Both the position numbers and the translations under genes were made by a program. From assembly GCA_963699175.1 (NCBI GenBank), contig OY969418.1, positions 2,205,352-2,269,351 on the forward strand: a DNA stretch of 64,000 bases. The letters run 5' to 3'. Of this stretch, positions 1 through 8,880 are shown piece after piece. Every line of letters begins with the position of its first letter. The first letter of the stretch is position 1. This stretch comes from an uncultured Acidobacteriota bacterium (GTDB lineage Bacteria > Acidobacteriota > Blastocatellia > RBC074). Below the pieces are notes generated by a model that saw nothing but the letters and a program-made list of their open reading frames with translations, did not search any database and was not told the DNA's origin.

Positions 1-17
1 TTAAAAGGAGTAAGACG

Positions 18-2144
18 ATGCGCCTCCCCACTATGCAACTGACTCAACATCCATTTGAAGGCTACTTTTATTATCAATGGAACTCCGCGCGTCGTCGCGC
101 GCATATCGCTGTGGCCTTGCTCGCCACGTTAATGGCTCTGGCGGTCTATTCCGCATTTCCGTTCCGCCGTCTGGCTGCTGCGCCTGCCAAGCCCAACGTT
201 GCAGCTACGCTGCGGATGTTGCAAAGCGACTACAGCGTGTTGGCGATTGTGCCCAATGGAAATGATCTTTACGTGGGCGGAACTTTTACTTCCATCGGCG
301 GCCTGCAGGCGCGCGGGGTTGCGCGTTACAACCTGCAGACCGGCCAATGGTCAACGCTGGGCGCTAACAATGCGGTGAATGGCAACGGCGTCAACGGCTT
401 GGTGGCCGCCATTGCCGTGGTCGGCAGTGATCTTTACATCGGTGGCAGTTTCACACGCGGCTACAACAGCAGTAGCAGCAATGTCAGCGCCAACTGTATC
501 GCTAAATTCAATCTGACAACCAATACCTGGTCGTCGCTGGGTGGACAGAGCGGCACAACCGGAAATGGCGTTGATGGCGATGTGGGCACAATAGTCGCGC
601 TCAACGGTTCGGTTTATATCGGTGGCACGTTCAAAAACGCCCATATCAGCACCGGCAACAACGTTCTAACCAACGGTGTTGCGCGCTGGACTGGCAGCAC
701 CTGGGCGGCGTTGGGAAAAGGCACCAACACTGCCTCCAGTTCGGGTGTGGTGAACGATCTGACCGTGATCGGCAACGACCTTTATGCCGGTGGCACCTTC
801 ACCAGTGTAACCAACAGCAACGATACTAAAGTGGATGTAGGCTATGTTGCCCGCTGGAATACGCAGAACAGCACCTGGTCTGCCTTGGGTACGGGCGTTG
901 GCACTGCGAACAACGGGGTGGACGGGTTTGTCTACGCGCTGGCGACTAACGGGACGGAGCTATATGTCGGCGGCTCTTTCGCCACAGCCAGCAACAGCAG
1001 CAGCAGCAAACTGACAGCCAATAATCTTGCCAGATGGACTGGCTCTGCGTGGGGCGTGGTCGGCAGTGCGGCCACGGCGATGGGCAACGGTGTTGAAAGT
1101 ACAGTCTGGGAATTGATCTATAACGGCAGCAGTCTGTATGTCGGCGGTGAATTTGACGGAGCTTTTACCAACGGGGCTAAGACCAGCGTCAACGGCATTG
1201 CGCGTTGGAACGGCACGAGTTGGGCGGCCTTCGGCTCAGGCACAGGCACCAGCGGTAATGGCGTGGATGAGACGGTAAACGTGATTGCACTGGTGGGCGG
1301 CACCTTCTACGTCGGTGGCGACTTTTCAGAAGCCTACAACAGCGCCAGCAATAGTGTAGACGCCAACTCTATCGCGCGCTGGAACGGCAGCACTTGGTCA
1401 ACTCTATCTACTCCAACCGCGCCTAAAAGTCTGGCGGCGGTTTCTGCTGCCAGTTTCGCTGGCGCGGAATTGTCTGCCGAAGGCATCGTAGCCGCTTTTG
1501 GCACGGGCTTGGCGACCTCCACCCAAGTAGCCTCTACCACGCCTTTGCCGACGAGCTTGGCTGGCACGACCGTGTCAGTGAAAGACAGCGCCAATGCGAC
1601 GCGGCAGGCGTCACTCTTCTTTGTCTCCAGCGGACAAGTCAATTTCCTGATGCCGGCTGGCACGGTAGCCGGTGCGGCGATAGTAACGATCACTTCGGGT
1701 GACGGTTCTACTTCGGTCGGCAATGTGACGATCATCGGCGCCGCGCCGGGGTTGTTTGCAATGAATGCGAACGGCCAGGGCGTAGTAGCAGCGGTAGCGT
1801 TGCGCGTGCGCGGCACGGCGCAAACCTACGAAGCCATCGCCCGCTTCGACACGGCCACCAGCAAATTCGTGACGGTGCCGATTGATCTGGGGCCGGCCAC
1901 TGATCGAGTTTTCCTGATCGGCTATGGCACAGGCTTCCGCAATCGCTCTTCGCTCAGCAATGTCGTCGCCACCGTTGGCGGTACGAACGCCCCCGCCTCC
2001 TTCGCCGGGCCACAGGGCGTTTTAGTAGGTCTGGATCAGGTCAACCTGGAGTTGCCGCGCAGCCTGATCGGGCGCGGTGAAGTTGATCTGGTGCTGAGTG
2101 TAGACGGTAAAACCGCCAACAAGGTGAAGGTCAATATCAAGTAA
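18..2144 (+). CDS. secreted seven-blade beta-propeller repeat protein with Solibacter-type C-terminal domain
   Basis: AAGGAG RBS 8 nt before the ATG at 18. Hydrophobic N-terminus. Seven ~50-aa repeats, each ending L-Y-[VIA]-G-G-x-F. The C-terminal ~200 aa (SVKDSANATRQASLFFVSSGQVNFLMPAGT...) resembles, from memory, the TIGR03437-like module on Solibacter proteins. Confidence 0.6.
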   Translation: MRLPTMQLTQHPFEGYFYYQWNSARRRAHIAVALLATLMALAVYSAFPFRRLAAAPAKPNVAATLRMLQSDYSVLAIVPNGNDLYVGGTFTSIGGLQARGVARYNLQTGQWSTLGANNAVNGNGVNGLVAAIAVVGSDLYIGGSFTRGYNSSSSNVSANCIAKFNLTTNTWSSLGGQSGTTGNGVDGDVGTIVALNGSVYIGGTFKNAHISTGNNVLTNGVARWTGSTWAALGKGTNTASSSGVVNDLTVIGNDLYAGGTFTSVTNSNDTKVDVGYVARWNTQNSTWSALGTGVGTANNGVDGFVYALATNGTELYVGGSFATASNSSSSKLTANNLARWTGSAWGVVGSAATAMGNGVESTVWELIYNGSSLYVGGEFDGAFTNGAKTSVNGIARWNGTSWAAFGSGTGTSGNGVDETVNVIALVGGTFYVGGDFSEAYNSASNSVDANSIARWNGSTWSTLSTPTAPKSLAAVSAASFAGAELSAEGIVAAFGTGLATSTQVASTTPLPTSLAGTTVSVKDSANATRQASLFFVSSGQVNFLMPAGTVAGAAIVTITSGDGSTSVGNVTIIGAAPGLFAMNANGQGVVAAVALRVRGTAQTYEAIARFDTATSKFVTVPIDLGPATDRVFLIGYGTGFRNRSSLSNVVATVGGTNAPASFAGPQGVLVGLDQVNLELPRSLIGRGEVDLVLSVDGKTANKVKVNIK

Positions 2145-2319
2145 TTGGTGCGCGACGTGTGTCGGCCTCATCTTCAAGCCAGGCAGGGAATGATCTCCCT
2201 GTCTGGTTGATTGTTTATCTGGCTCTATGCAAGGAGCAGACAGGGTGTACAGAAATTGGATGGTGTTGCGAGAATCCGCCGCCTTATTTCTGGATCTAGC
2301 ACGCAGTAAAAGGAAAAAT

Positions 2320-4044
2320 ATGAAGCGATTACTGATGTATATCGTCGTTTTGATGTTCCTGACGTTCTGGCTGGTCTTGAGCGCGGGCAATCAAAGTAAA
2401 ACACAGGCGGCTCGGCGTAGTACCGAGGATGTTACCTTCTCGAATCAAATCGTGCGGCTGATGCAGAACCACTGTCAACGCTGTCATCACCCGGACGGGG
2501 CCGCGCCTTTCTCCTTGATGACCTACGAAGAGGCTTATCCATACGCTAGGGCCATTAGATCGGCTGTCCAAACGCGCCGCATGCCGCATGGCGTCTTCAA
2601 TGCGCGCCTCGAGAATGGTTGCGGAGATGTAAATACCTTCGAAGGCCCGCGCCGCCTGCTGGACAGCGAAATCGCCATGTTTGCGGCATGGGTGGAGGCA
2701 GACGCGCCTGAAGGGAACCCCGCCGATATGCCACCGCCCATGACCTTCGATAATGATCCTGGTCATGGCGGCCACGACGAATATTACGATACTTGGCAAG
2801 CCGGCGAGCCTGACATCGAGTTGAACAATGGCCCGGACGGTTTTAAGGTGCCGGGTTCGCTCTATAAAGATTTCTTCCGCCGCTTCCCCATCAAAACCAA
2901 CTACGAGTCGGATCGTTACTTTACCAGCTTCGAGGTGCTGCCTGGCACAGGCGACCTGGGCCGGCAGATCAATGTCGTGCACCACGTGACACTCTTCATT
3001 GATCCCACCTGCGGGTCGCTCGAACAGGAGAAAGCCTTTGCCGCCTCGAATCCGGAAATCAAGGGGGCGGGGTTCGAAGGTGAATTCCTCTACGAGACGA
3101 GTTTGGTCGGCATGTGGTTTCCGGGCACCAACGCGATAGTCTTACCGGCAGGCATCGGCATCAAGATTCCGCGCGGCGCTTGCTTGATAATGGAAATTCA
3201 CTATACCACCTGGCAGCCTGAAGAGGTCGTGGACAAAACCACGATGGGGCTGCGCTGGGCGCGCACGCCGGTCTACTATGAACGCCTCGCGAAGCGGGTC
3301 AGCAATGAAAACTTCGTCATTCCGGCGGGCGCAAAGCACTACATGATTAAGGCGAGCAAGACCATTGATGATCCTGTCACAATCTACTCGATGGCGCCGC
3401 ACATGCATCAGTTCGGGACTGACTTCGTGGCTGATGCGCTGCTTCCGGATGGCCAGAAGAAGTGTCTGATTGATGTCGAATATGATTTCAAGCATCAGGG
3501 CAACTACCTACTCAAAGAGCCGATCCATCTGCCAGCCGGAACGCAAATCACGATTCGTGGCTACTACGACAATACGGAGGATTTCCCGCGCCAGCTCAAT
3601 CATCCGCCGATTAACATTCCGTTTGGGCCGGTCTCCGATAAAGAGATGTGTCAGATCACCATCGGGCTGACTAACGACACTCAGTTGTTGCAGCCGTCGT
3701 CTCCCACCCTCTCGACGATTCGGGTGAACGGCGATAGCTTGATCGTCAACGGCAGCGACCTGCGCCCAGGAGCGTTTATAGAGGTCAACGGCAAGCTGCT
3801 TACCGATACGCAAATGGGCGATAAACAGTCTTCTGTTTTCTCGCTCTCCGATTGGCATGAATTTGCCGATGCGTCGAGTTGCTGCTGTGCGGCGAAGGGT
3901 GCCACCGTCTGCAACTGTGGCAAAGAGTGCAGCCTGGGTAAACCGGTGAAAATCGCTATCGTCAATCCTGATGGCGGACGGTCAGCAACCAGACGCTTTC
4001 TCCTGCGCGACTTGAGAAAAGAACCCAGCCGCATCCAGTATTAG
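2320..4044 (+). CDS. c-type haem (CXXCH) domain fused to a PHM/DBH-like copper type II monooxygenase domain; secreted
   Basis: Start moved to MKRLLMYIVVLMFLTFWLVLSA, a signal peptide preceded by the RBS AAAAGGAAAAAT. CQRCHH haem-binding motif at residues ~55-60. Ordered His/Met ligand set for two Cu sites: VHHVTLF, EIHYTTW, HMHQFG, EMCQIT. Cys-rich C-terminus. Confidence 0.6.
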   Translation: MKRLLMYIVVLMFLTFWLVLSAGNQSKTQAARRSTEDVTFSNQIVRLMQNHCQRCHHPDGAAPFSLMTYEEAYPYARAIRSAVQTRRMPHGVFNARLENGCGDVNTFEGPRRLLDSEIAMFAAWVEADAPEGNPADMPPPMTFDNDPGHGGHDEYYDTWQAGEPDIELNNGPDGFKVPGSLYKDFFRRFPIKTNYESDRYFTSFEVLPGTGDLGRQINVVHHVTLFIDPTCGSLEQEKAFAASNPEIKGAGFEGEFLYETSLVGMWFPGTNAIVLPAGIGIKIPRGACLIMEIHYTTWQPEEVVDKTTMGLRWARTPVYYERLAKRVSNENFVIPAGAKHYMIKASKTIDDPVTIYSMAPHMHQFGTDFVADALLPDGQKKCLIDVEYDFKHQGNYLLKEPIHLPAGTQITIRGYYDNTEDFPRQLNHPPINIPFGPVSDKEMCQITIGLTNDTQLLQPSSPTLSTIRVNGDSLIVNGSDLRPGAFIEVNGKLLTDTQMGDKQSSVFSLSDWHEFADASSCCCAAKGATVCNCGKECSLGKPVKIAIVNPDGGRSATRRFLLRDLRKEPSRIQY

Positions 4045-4054
4045 CGCAGCCCGT

Positions 4055-4188
4055 GCGTGACATGGCTGAGCGCAGCCGCTCTATGCTCAGCCATGTCACG
4101 GCCACAATGGAGTGAGTAGGGGCAGACCTATGTGTCTGCCCCAATTGGTTGCGCACGAACTGGGGCAGACACGTAGGTCTGCCCCTAC
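4055..4188. terminator. pair of GC-rich palindromes between convergent genes (likely bidirectional terminator)
   Basis: gtgacatggctgagc/gctcagccatgtcac (4058-4100). A 27-bp inverted repeat gtaggggcagacctatgtgtctgcccc / ggggcagacacgtaggtctgcccctac (4117-4188); each arm is itself palindromic. Confidence 0.4.
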
Positions 4189-4230
4189 GTTGGTGGTCGC
4201 ACCTCACCCAATTGATCCACTACCCCAGGC

Positions 4231-7200
4231 TTAAATGTACTTGGCCAAGACCGCCCGCACGGCCTCCGGGTCGTAAAACTCCTTCACCAACTCTTCCGCG
4301 CGGTAGCCGAGCAACTGGCCCGGCGCGGTGTAGCCGAGGTAGCGCATGCCTTCGGGGCTGCCATCGAAGCGCCCATCCGGCAACAGATCAAGCCACGCGC
4401 CGGGGCCGAAGCTGTAGCGATACAGGAAAGTCTCGCCCCGTTCATAATCCCAGAACTGCAAGCGTCCGGCAGCGCCCGCCGCGACCAGATATTTGCCGTT
4501 TGGCGCAAAAGCGACAGCTTCCACTGACCCCAGATTTCCTGCGAGCGTGCACAGCAGCTTCCCGTCGCACACCTGCCAGAGCCTGACCTTTGCATCAGCA
4601 CTGCCCGAGGCCAGCGTCAAGCCATCGGGCGCAAAGACGACCGAACTCACCTCGTGGGAGTGCCCGACGATTTCGCGCAGCAGCTTGCCGTCGCGCACCT
4701 GCCAGAGCCTGACCTTTTTGTCAGCACTGCCTGATGCCAGCGTCAAGCCATCGGGCGCAAAGGCGACCAACTTCACTGGTAAGGAGTGGCCGGTGAGTTC
4801 GCGCAGCAGCGAGCCATTGCGTACTTGCCAGAGTTTGACCGAGTTGTCATCACTGCTCGAAGCGAGTGTCGCACCATCGGGCGCAAAGGCGACCGCCCTT
4901 ACCCCAGAAGAGTGGCCGGTGAGTTCGCGCAGCAGCTTGCCGTCGCGTACTTGCCAGAGTTTGACCGAGTTGTCATCACTGCTCGAAGCGAGTGTCGCAC
5001 CATCGGGCGCAAAGGCGACCGCCCTTACCCCAGAAGAGTGGCCGGTGAGTTTGCGCAGCAGCTTGCCATCGCGCACCTGCCAGAGCTTGACCGAGCCGTC
5101 ACCACCGCCCGAAGCGAGCGTCGCGCCATCGGGCGCAAAGGCGACCGCATTCACCCTGCCGGAGTGGCTCGCGAGTTCGCGCAACAGCGTGCCATCGCGC
5201 ACCTGCCAGAGCTTGACCGAGCCGTCACCACCGCCCGAAGCGAGCGTCGCGCCATTGGGTGCAAAGGCGACCGCATTCACCCTCCCGGAGTGGCCCCCGA
5301 GTTCGCGCAACAGCGTGCCATCGCGCACCTGCCAGAGCTTGACCGAGCCGTCACCACCGCTCGAAGCGAGCGTCGCACCATCGGGCGCAAAGGCAACTAC
5401 AGTCACCCAATCTAAGTGACCCGCGAGTTCGCGCAGCATCGCGCCATCGCGCACCTGCCAGAGCTTGACCGAGCCGTCATCATCGCCCGAAGCGAGCGTC
5501 GCACCATCGGGCGCAAAGGCAACCGCCCTTACCCAATCTGAGTGGCCCGCAAGTTCGTGCAGCAGCGCGCCATTGCGTACTTGCCAGAGCTTGACCGAGT
5601 TGTCATCACTGCTCGAAGCGAGTGTCGCACCATCGGGCGCAAAGGCGACCGCCCTTACCCCAGAAGAGTGGCCGGTGAGTTTGCGCAGCAGCTTGCCATC
5701 GCGCACCTGCCAGAGCTTGACCGAGCCGTCACCACCGCCCGAAGCGAGCGTCGCGCCATTGGGTGCAAAGGCGACCGCATTCACCCTGCCGGAGTGGCCC
5801 CCGAGTTCGCGCAACAGCGTGCCATCGCGCACCTGCCAGAGCTTGACCGAGCCGTCACCACCGCCCGAAGCGAGCGTCGCGCCATCGGGCGCAAAGGCGA
5901 CCGCATTGGCTGCTTCACCGCCGCCCAACACTTGCAACAACATCCCATCGCTTGCGCGGTAAAGTCGAATCATTCCTTCTCTGTCACATTCGGCCAATAG
6001 TTTGCCATCGCTGCTGTAGGCTAAAGCGAGAATGGAACCTGTCGCACCCAGTTGGACAACCGGGCGCATTTCGCGAGTATCAATGGTGAAGAAGGGCCAA
6101 CCCGTCACCCCTATGAGCACAGCTTGGCGATAATCAGCCCCTGCCAGCCGGGCATTTTCCGTATTGGCTTCAGTTAGGTTGGCTGAGCGCAAATCAGCGC
6201 GGTCGAGCACGGCGTGGCCGAGCTTCGCTTTGGTCAAGTCCGCTCCGGCCAAGTTGGCTTCGGTCAAATCCACACTTTCCAGCACGGCTTCCTGCAATTG
6301 CGCGCCCGCCAATTGCGCACCCGGCGGAACGCGCCCAGCCAGGGCTTGCCGCAACTTTTCGACAGCGCCAATCTCTTCTTCCATCCCGGCGCGGATGCGG
6401 GCGCTCCAATACAGAATTTGCAGCGCGTTTTCCGACACGTTGGCTTGATAAGCTGCGCGCAAAATCTCTTGCAGCGGTTCGCGCAACGCATCCTGCTCAT
6501 CCAGCAGCGCCAGGAAATAGATGGTCTTCTGATCGTAGCGCCGCGTGTTCAGCATCTCGCGCAAGCCGACGGGATCGGCCAAACAATCCTGCAAACGGCG
6601 GGCGAGGAAAAATTCGCCGAACGAGCGGTGCATAAACGTGAAGTTGCCCGCATTGTCGCGTTTGAGGAAACTGGCGCTCTGCAATTCGACGGCGATGTCC
6701 GCCGCCTCTTCATCGCCAAGCTCAAGGCGTTGGTCGGCCACCAGCCGTTCGATAAAGGGGCAGAGTTCTTTGAAATGCGCCGCCTGCGTCGCATCGCGCC
6801 ACATCCGCCAGCCGAGTTCCAGCATCAAGGCCAGCCGCGTCTGTTTCCCCAAGCTGAGTTTGCGCCCCTTGCTGTCTTCACGGTCAATCCAGATGTTGGT
6901 GTAGACGTTGTAAAGATTGGCGGCATTGACCTGCTGCCCGGCTTTTAGACGCGGCAAGGATTTGACGATCATATCCAGCAACAGCGGGCGCGTGGCCAGG
7001 TCTTTCAGATTGTAGATGGCTTGAATCTTCTGCCAATCTTTTGCGTGGTCTTGCGGGCGGGCTTTCTTCAGATAATCCTTGATTTGATCGTCATTGAATT
7101 CCTGCAAATAGACGACCTCGGCGCTCGAACGCTGCCGCAAATCGCGGTAAAGCTCGGTCTCTGTTTCGGAAAGAGTCGGGCCTTCGCCGATGACTTTGAC

Positions 7201-8622
7201 CTGTTCGGTGCGATCTTTGAAATAATGCGTGCGACAGGTGATGACGATCTTGCCGCGCGCTTCGGCCAGGCGGCTCAACTGGCGGAAATTATCCTGCGTC
7301 ACATCCCAACGCACGCGGTCGGCCATCTCGTCAAAGGCATCGAAGAGCAACACGACCTTGCCCAGCCGCACCAGATGCTCGAAGCGCGGGAAGCTGATGT
7401 CGCGCAAGCCGCGCAATTGAAAGTGGCGGCTGACGACACTTTCCAGCGTCTCTTCCTTGCGCACATCCTTGAGCGGAATCAACACCGGCGCGGGATGGCG
7501 CAACGGGTCATCGTGAAAACTGCGCGCCAGTTGGTAAGCCAGAAAACTCGCCAGCGTCGTCTTGCCCGTGCCCAAATCGCCGAGGATGACCATCTGATTA
7601 CGACGCTCATCGCCCAACCATTTGCCGACGTGCGTCAAGGCGGGCAGCTTTTCGTAAACAATGTCGGTCACCAGATCAGGCCGAATAAACCAGTCGTCAC
7701 CCTGCCATTTGGTCTTGGCCTCTTCTTCATAGTCCGCGACCAGCCCGTCAACATAGCTGTCTAGCGGCACCAACTCGCGCAACAGTTCAGCGTAGGTGAT
7801 GCAATGCACGCCCGCCGCTTCCAACGCTGTGCGCGTCTCGGCGGCAAAGCCCTGCGCCGAGACGGCCACGGTGCGGAAGGCAGGCAGCTTCTGTTGCGTC
7901 ATCAACCGTTGCGCCAGAATCTGGTCGCGTTCCTTCGCTGTAATCTGCTTGTCTTTGCATTCGACGATGGCGCTGGTGGGCAGGCCGCCGACCTTCTGTT
8001 CAATCGTCAAATCAATCTGCATCCCGCTCAGATTGCTGTCCTGTTTGGCATCGAAGCCGAGCAGCCGGTAAAGCGTCGCCACTTCGTCTTCAAAGCGTTT
8101 GCCCGCCGCGTAATTCTGTCGGCCACGCGCCGCCGGATCGAGTTTGTGTTCGCGGAACTCGAACTCTTCGCGCTCGCGGAATTGGAAGCCGTGGCGCGGC
8201 AGGTCTAGGGCTTCGACCAGTTGGCGCAGGCGCAAGTCGAAATCATCGTCGTTGCGGAAATCAATATGCAGGATGCCGCGCAAGGTCGGCTCGACCGCGC
8301 AGTCTTCGAGCAGCAGCGGAATCAGCGGGCGTTCTTTCGAGAGAATGTCAGCGGAGTGTTGCGCGAAAGCTTCGGCGCGCGTCCATTCTTTCTTGACGCC
8401 GAAGTAGCTGCGGCTGAAGACGGCGACCAGCTTGCGCGCTTGTTTCAAACCTTCGTTGATGCGTTCCAGCAGATTGTCGCCGGGTCGCAATTCCCACCGG
8501 TCGAACCACACGCGCACGCCTTCGTCGCGCAAGCGCGTGGCCAGCCGCTCGCACCAATCCCCATCCTCGCGCGCGTGACTGAGGAACGCATCGTAGGGTT
8601 TGTCGTTCTCGTTCTGAGCCAT
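4231..8622 (-). CDS. NLR-like STAND protein: TIR, PD-(D/E)xK (Mrr-like) nuclease, NACHT P-loop NTPase, pentapeptide repeats, ~14 WD40 repeats
   Basis: AGGAGG RBS 7 nt upstream. N-terminal YDAFLSHAREDGDW...FSRSYFGVKKEWTRAE; the W-x3-E matches the TIR catalytic-glutamate motif. GMQIDLTIEQKV...IVECKDK has a D...E-x-K spacing. Walker A VILGDLGTGKTT and Walker B VVLLFDAFDEM. AQLAGAQLQEAVLESVDLTEANLAGADLTKAKL pentapeptide repeats. 42-aa WD40 units (SVKLWQVRDG...HSxxVxAVAFAPDGATLASGGGDG) repeated about 14 times. Confidence 0.85.
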   Translation of the reverse strand: MAQNENDKPYDAFLSHAREDGDWCERLATRLRDEGVRVWFDRWELRPGDNLLERINEGLKQARKLVAVFSRSYFGVKKEWTRAEAFAQHSADILSKERPLIPLLLEDCAVEPTLRGILHIDFRNDDDFDLRLRQLVEALDLPRHGFQFREREEFEFREHKLDPAARGRQNYAAGKRFEDEVATLYRLLGFDAKQDSNLSGMQIDLTIEQKVGGLPTSAIVECKDKQITAKERDQILAQRLMTQQKLPAFRTVAVSAQGFAAETRTALEAAGVHCITYAELLRELVPLDSYVDGLVADYEEEAKTKWQGDDWFIRPDLVTDIVYEKLPALTHVGKWLGDERRNQMVILGDLGTGKTTLASFLAYQLARSFHDDPLRHPAPVLIPLKDVRKEETLESVVSRHFQLRGLRDISFPRFEHLVRLGKVVLLFDAFDEMADRVRWDVTQDNFRQLSRLAEARGKIVITCRTHYFKDRTEQVKVIGEGPTLSETETELYRDLRQRSSAEVVYLQEFNDDQIKDYLKKARPQDHAKDWQKIQAIYNLKDLATRPLLLDMIVKSLPRLKAGQQVNAANLYNVYTNIWIDREDSKGRKLSLGKQTRLALMLELGWRMWRDATQAAHFKELCPFIERLVADQRLELGDEEAADIAVELQSASFLKRDNAGNFTFMHRSFGEFFLARRLQDCLADPVGLREMLNTRRYDQKTIYFLALLDEQDALREPLQEILRAAYQANVSENALQILYWSARIRAGMEEEIGAVEKLRQALAGRVPPGAQLAGAQLQEAVLESVDLTEANLAGADLTKAKLGHAVLDRADLRSANLTEANTENARLAGADYRQAVLIGVTGWPFFTIDTREMRPVVQLGATGSILALAYSSDGKLLAECDREGMIRLYRASDGMLLQVLGGGEAANAVAFAPDGATLASGGGDGSVKLWQVRDGTLLRELGGHSGRVNAVAFAPNGATLASGGGDGSVKLWQVRDGKLLRKLTGHSSGVRAVAFAPDGATLASSSDDNSVKLWQVRNGALLHELAGHSDWVRAVAFAPDGATLASGDDDGSVKLWQVRDGAMLRELAGHLDWVTVVAFAPDGATLASSGGDGSVKLWQVRDGTLLRELGGHSGRVNAVAFAPNGATLASGGGDGSVKLWQVRDGTLLRELASHSGRVNAVAFAPDGATLASGGGDGSVKLWQVRDGKLLRKLTGHSSGVRAVAFAPDGATLASSSDDNSVKLWQVRDGKLLRELTGHSSGVRAVAFAPDGATLASSSDDNSVKLWQVRNGSLLRELTGHSLPVKLVAFAPDGLTLASGSADKKVRLWQVRDGKLLREIVGHSHEVSSVVFAPDGLTLASGSADAKVRLWQVCDGKLLCTLAGNLGSVEAVAFAPNGKYLVAAGAAGRLQFWDYERGETFLYRYSFGPGAWLDLLPDGRFDGSPEGMRYLGYTAPGQLLGYRAEELVKEFYDPEAVRAVLAKYI
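4490..5900 (-). repeat. tandem 126-bp near-identical coding repeats (WD40 blades) inside the NLR-like gene
   Basis: Blocks such as 4862-4990, 4988-5116 and 5620-5750 are almost identical at the nucleotide level. Antisense and out-of-frame ORFs in the track (4493..5419, 4786..5415, 5465..5962, 5542..6000) are artefacts of this periodicity. Confidence 0.8.
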
Positions 8623-8703
8623 CGGCGCGCCTCCTGAGTCGGGTTAAAGCAGTACTGCCGAGGGCTGCAAATTATCATCAAGTGCGTGGGATGGGAAGCC
8701 CAA

Positions 8704-8880
8704 AGCCTGGGTACGCACGCTTCCAGCGTGCCAAGCTCTGGGTGAGACGGAAGGCAAGAGCAAGAACCACTCGGCTCGCTTGATTGATTGGCAGATCGAA
8801 GTGGGGGATAAGTTGATCGCGTTACCCTGATGCGCTCGCCTTCCCAAACGGGGCACGCTGGAAGCGTGCGTACCCAGGCT
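8704..8880. repeat. 29-bp perfect inverted repeat flanking a ~119-bp spacer (palindromic element, family Y)
   Basis: agcctgggtacgcacgcttccagcgtgcc (8704-8732) and its exact reverse complement (8852-8880). The right arm overlaps the stop of the upstream gene. The core AGCCTGGG..GCGCACGC recurs at 19366. Confidence 0.5.

Noticed and set aside
4490-5900. Regular ~126-bp direct repeats: a possible CRISPR array?
   Set aside because: The repeats are contiguous with no unique spacers, are in-frame coding sequence of 42-aa WD40 blades, and no cas genes are nearby.
4493-6000. Four long plus-strand ORFs (4493..5419, 4786..5415, 5465..5962, 5542..6000) with repetitive Ser/Pro/Ala-rich translations
   Set aside because: They lie antisense or out of frame inside the WD40 tandem repeats of the minus-strand NLR gene. 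Their periodicity simply mirrors the 126-bp repeat, not independent genes.
6214-8637. Many 60-250-aa plus-strand ORFs across 6200-8640
   Set aside because: All are antisense shadows of the 4.4-kb NLR gene in high-GC DNA. They have no RBS or recognisable motifs.
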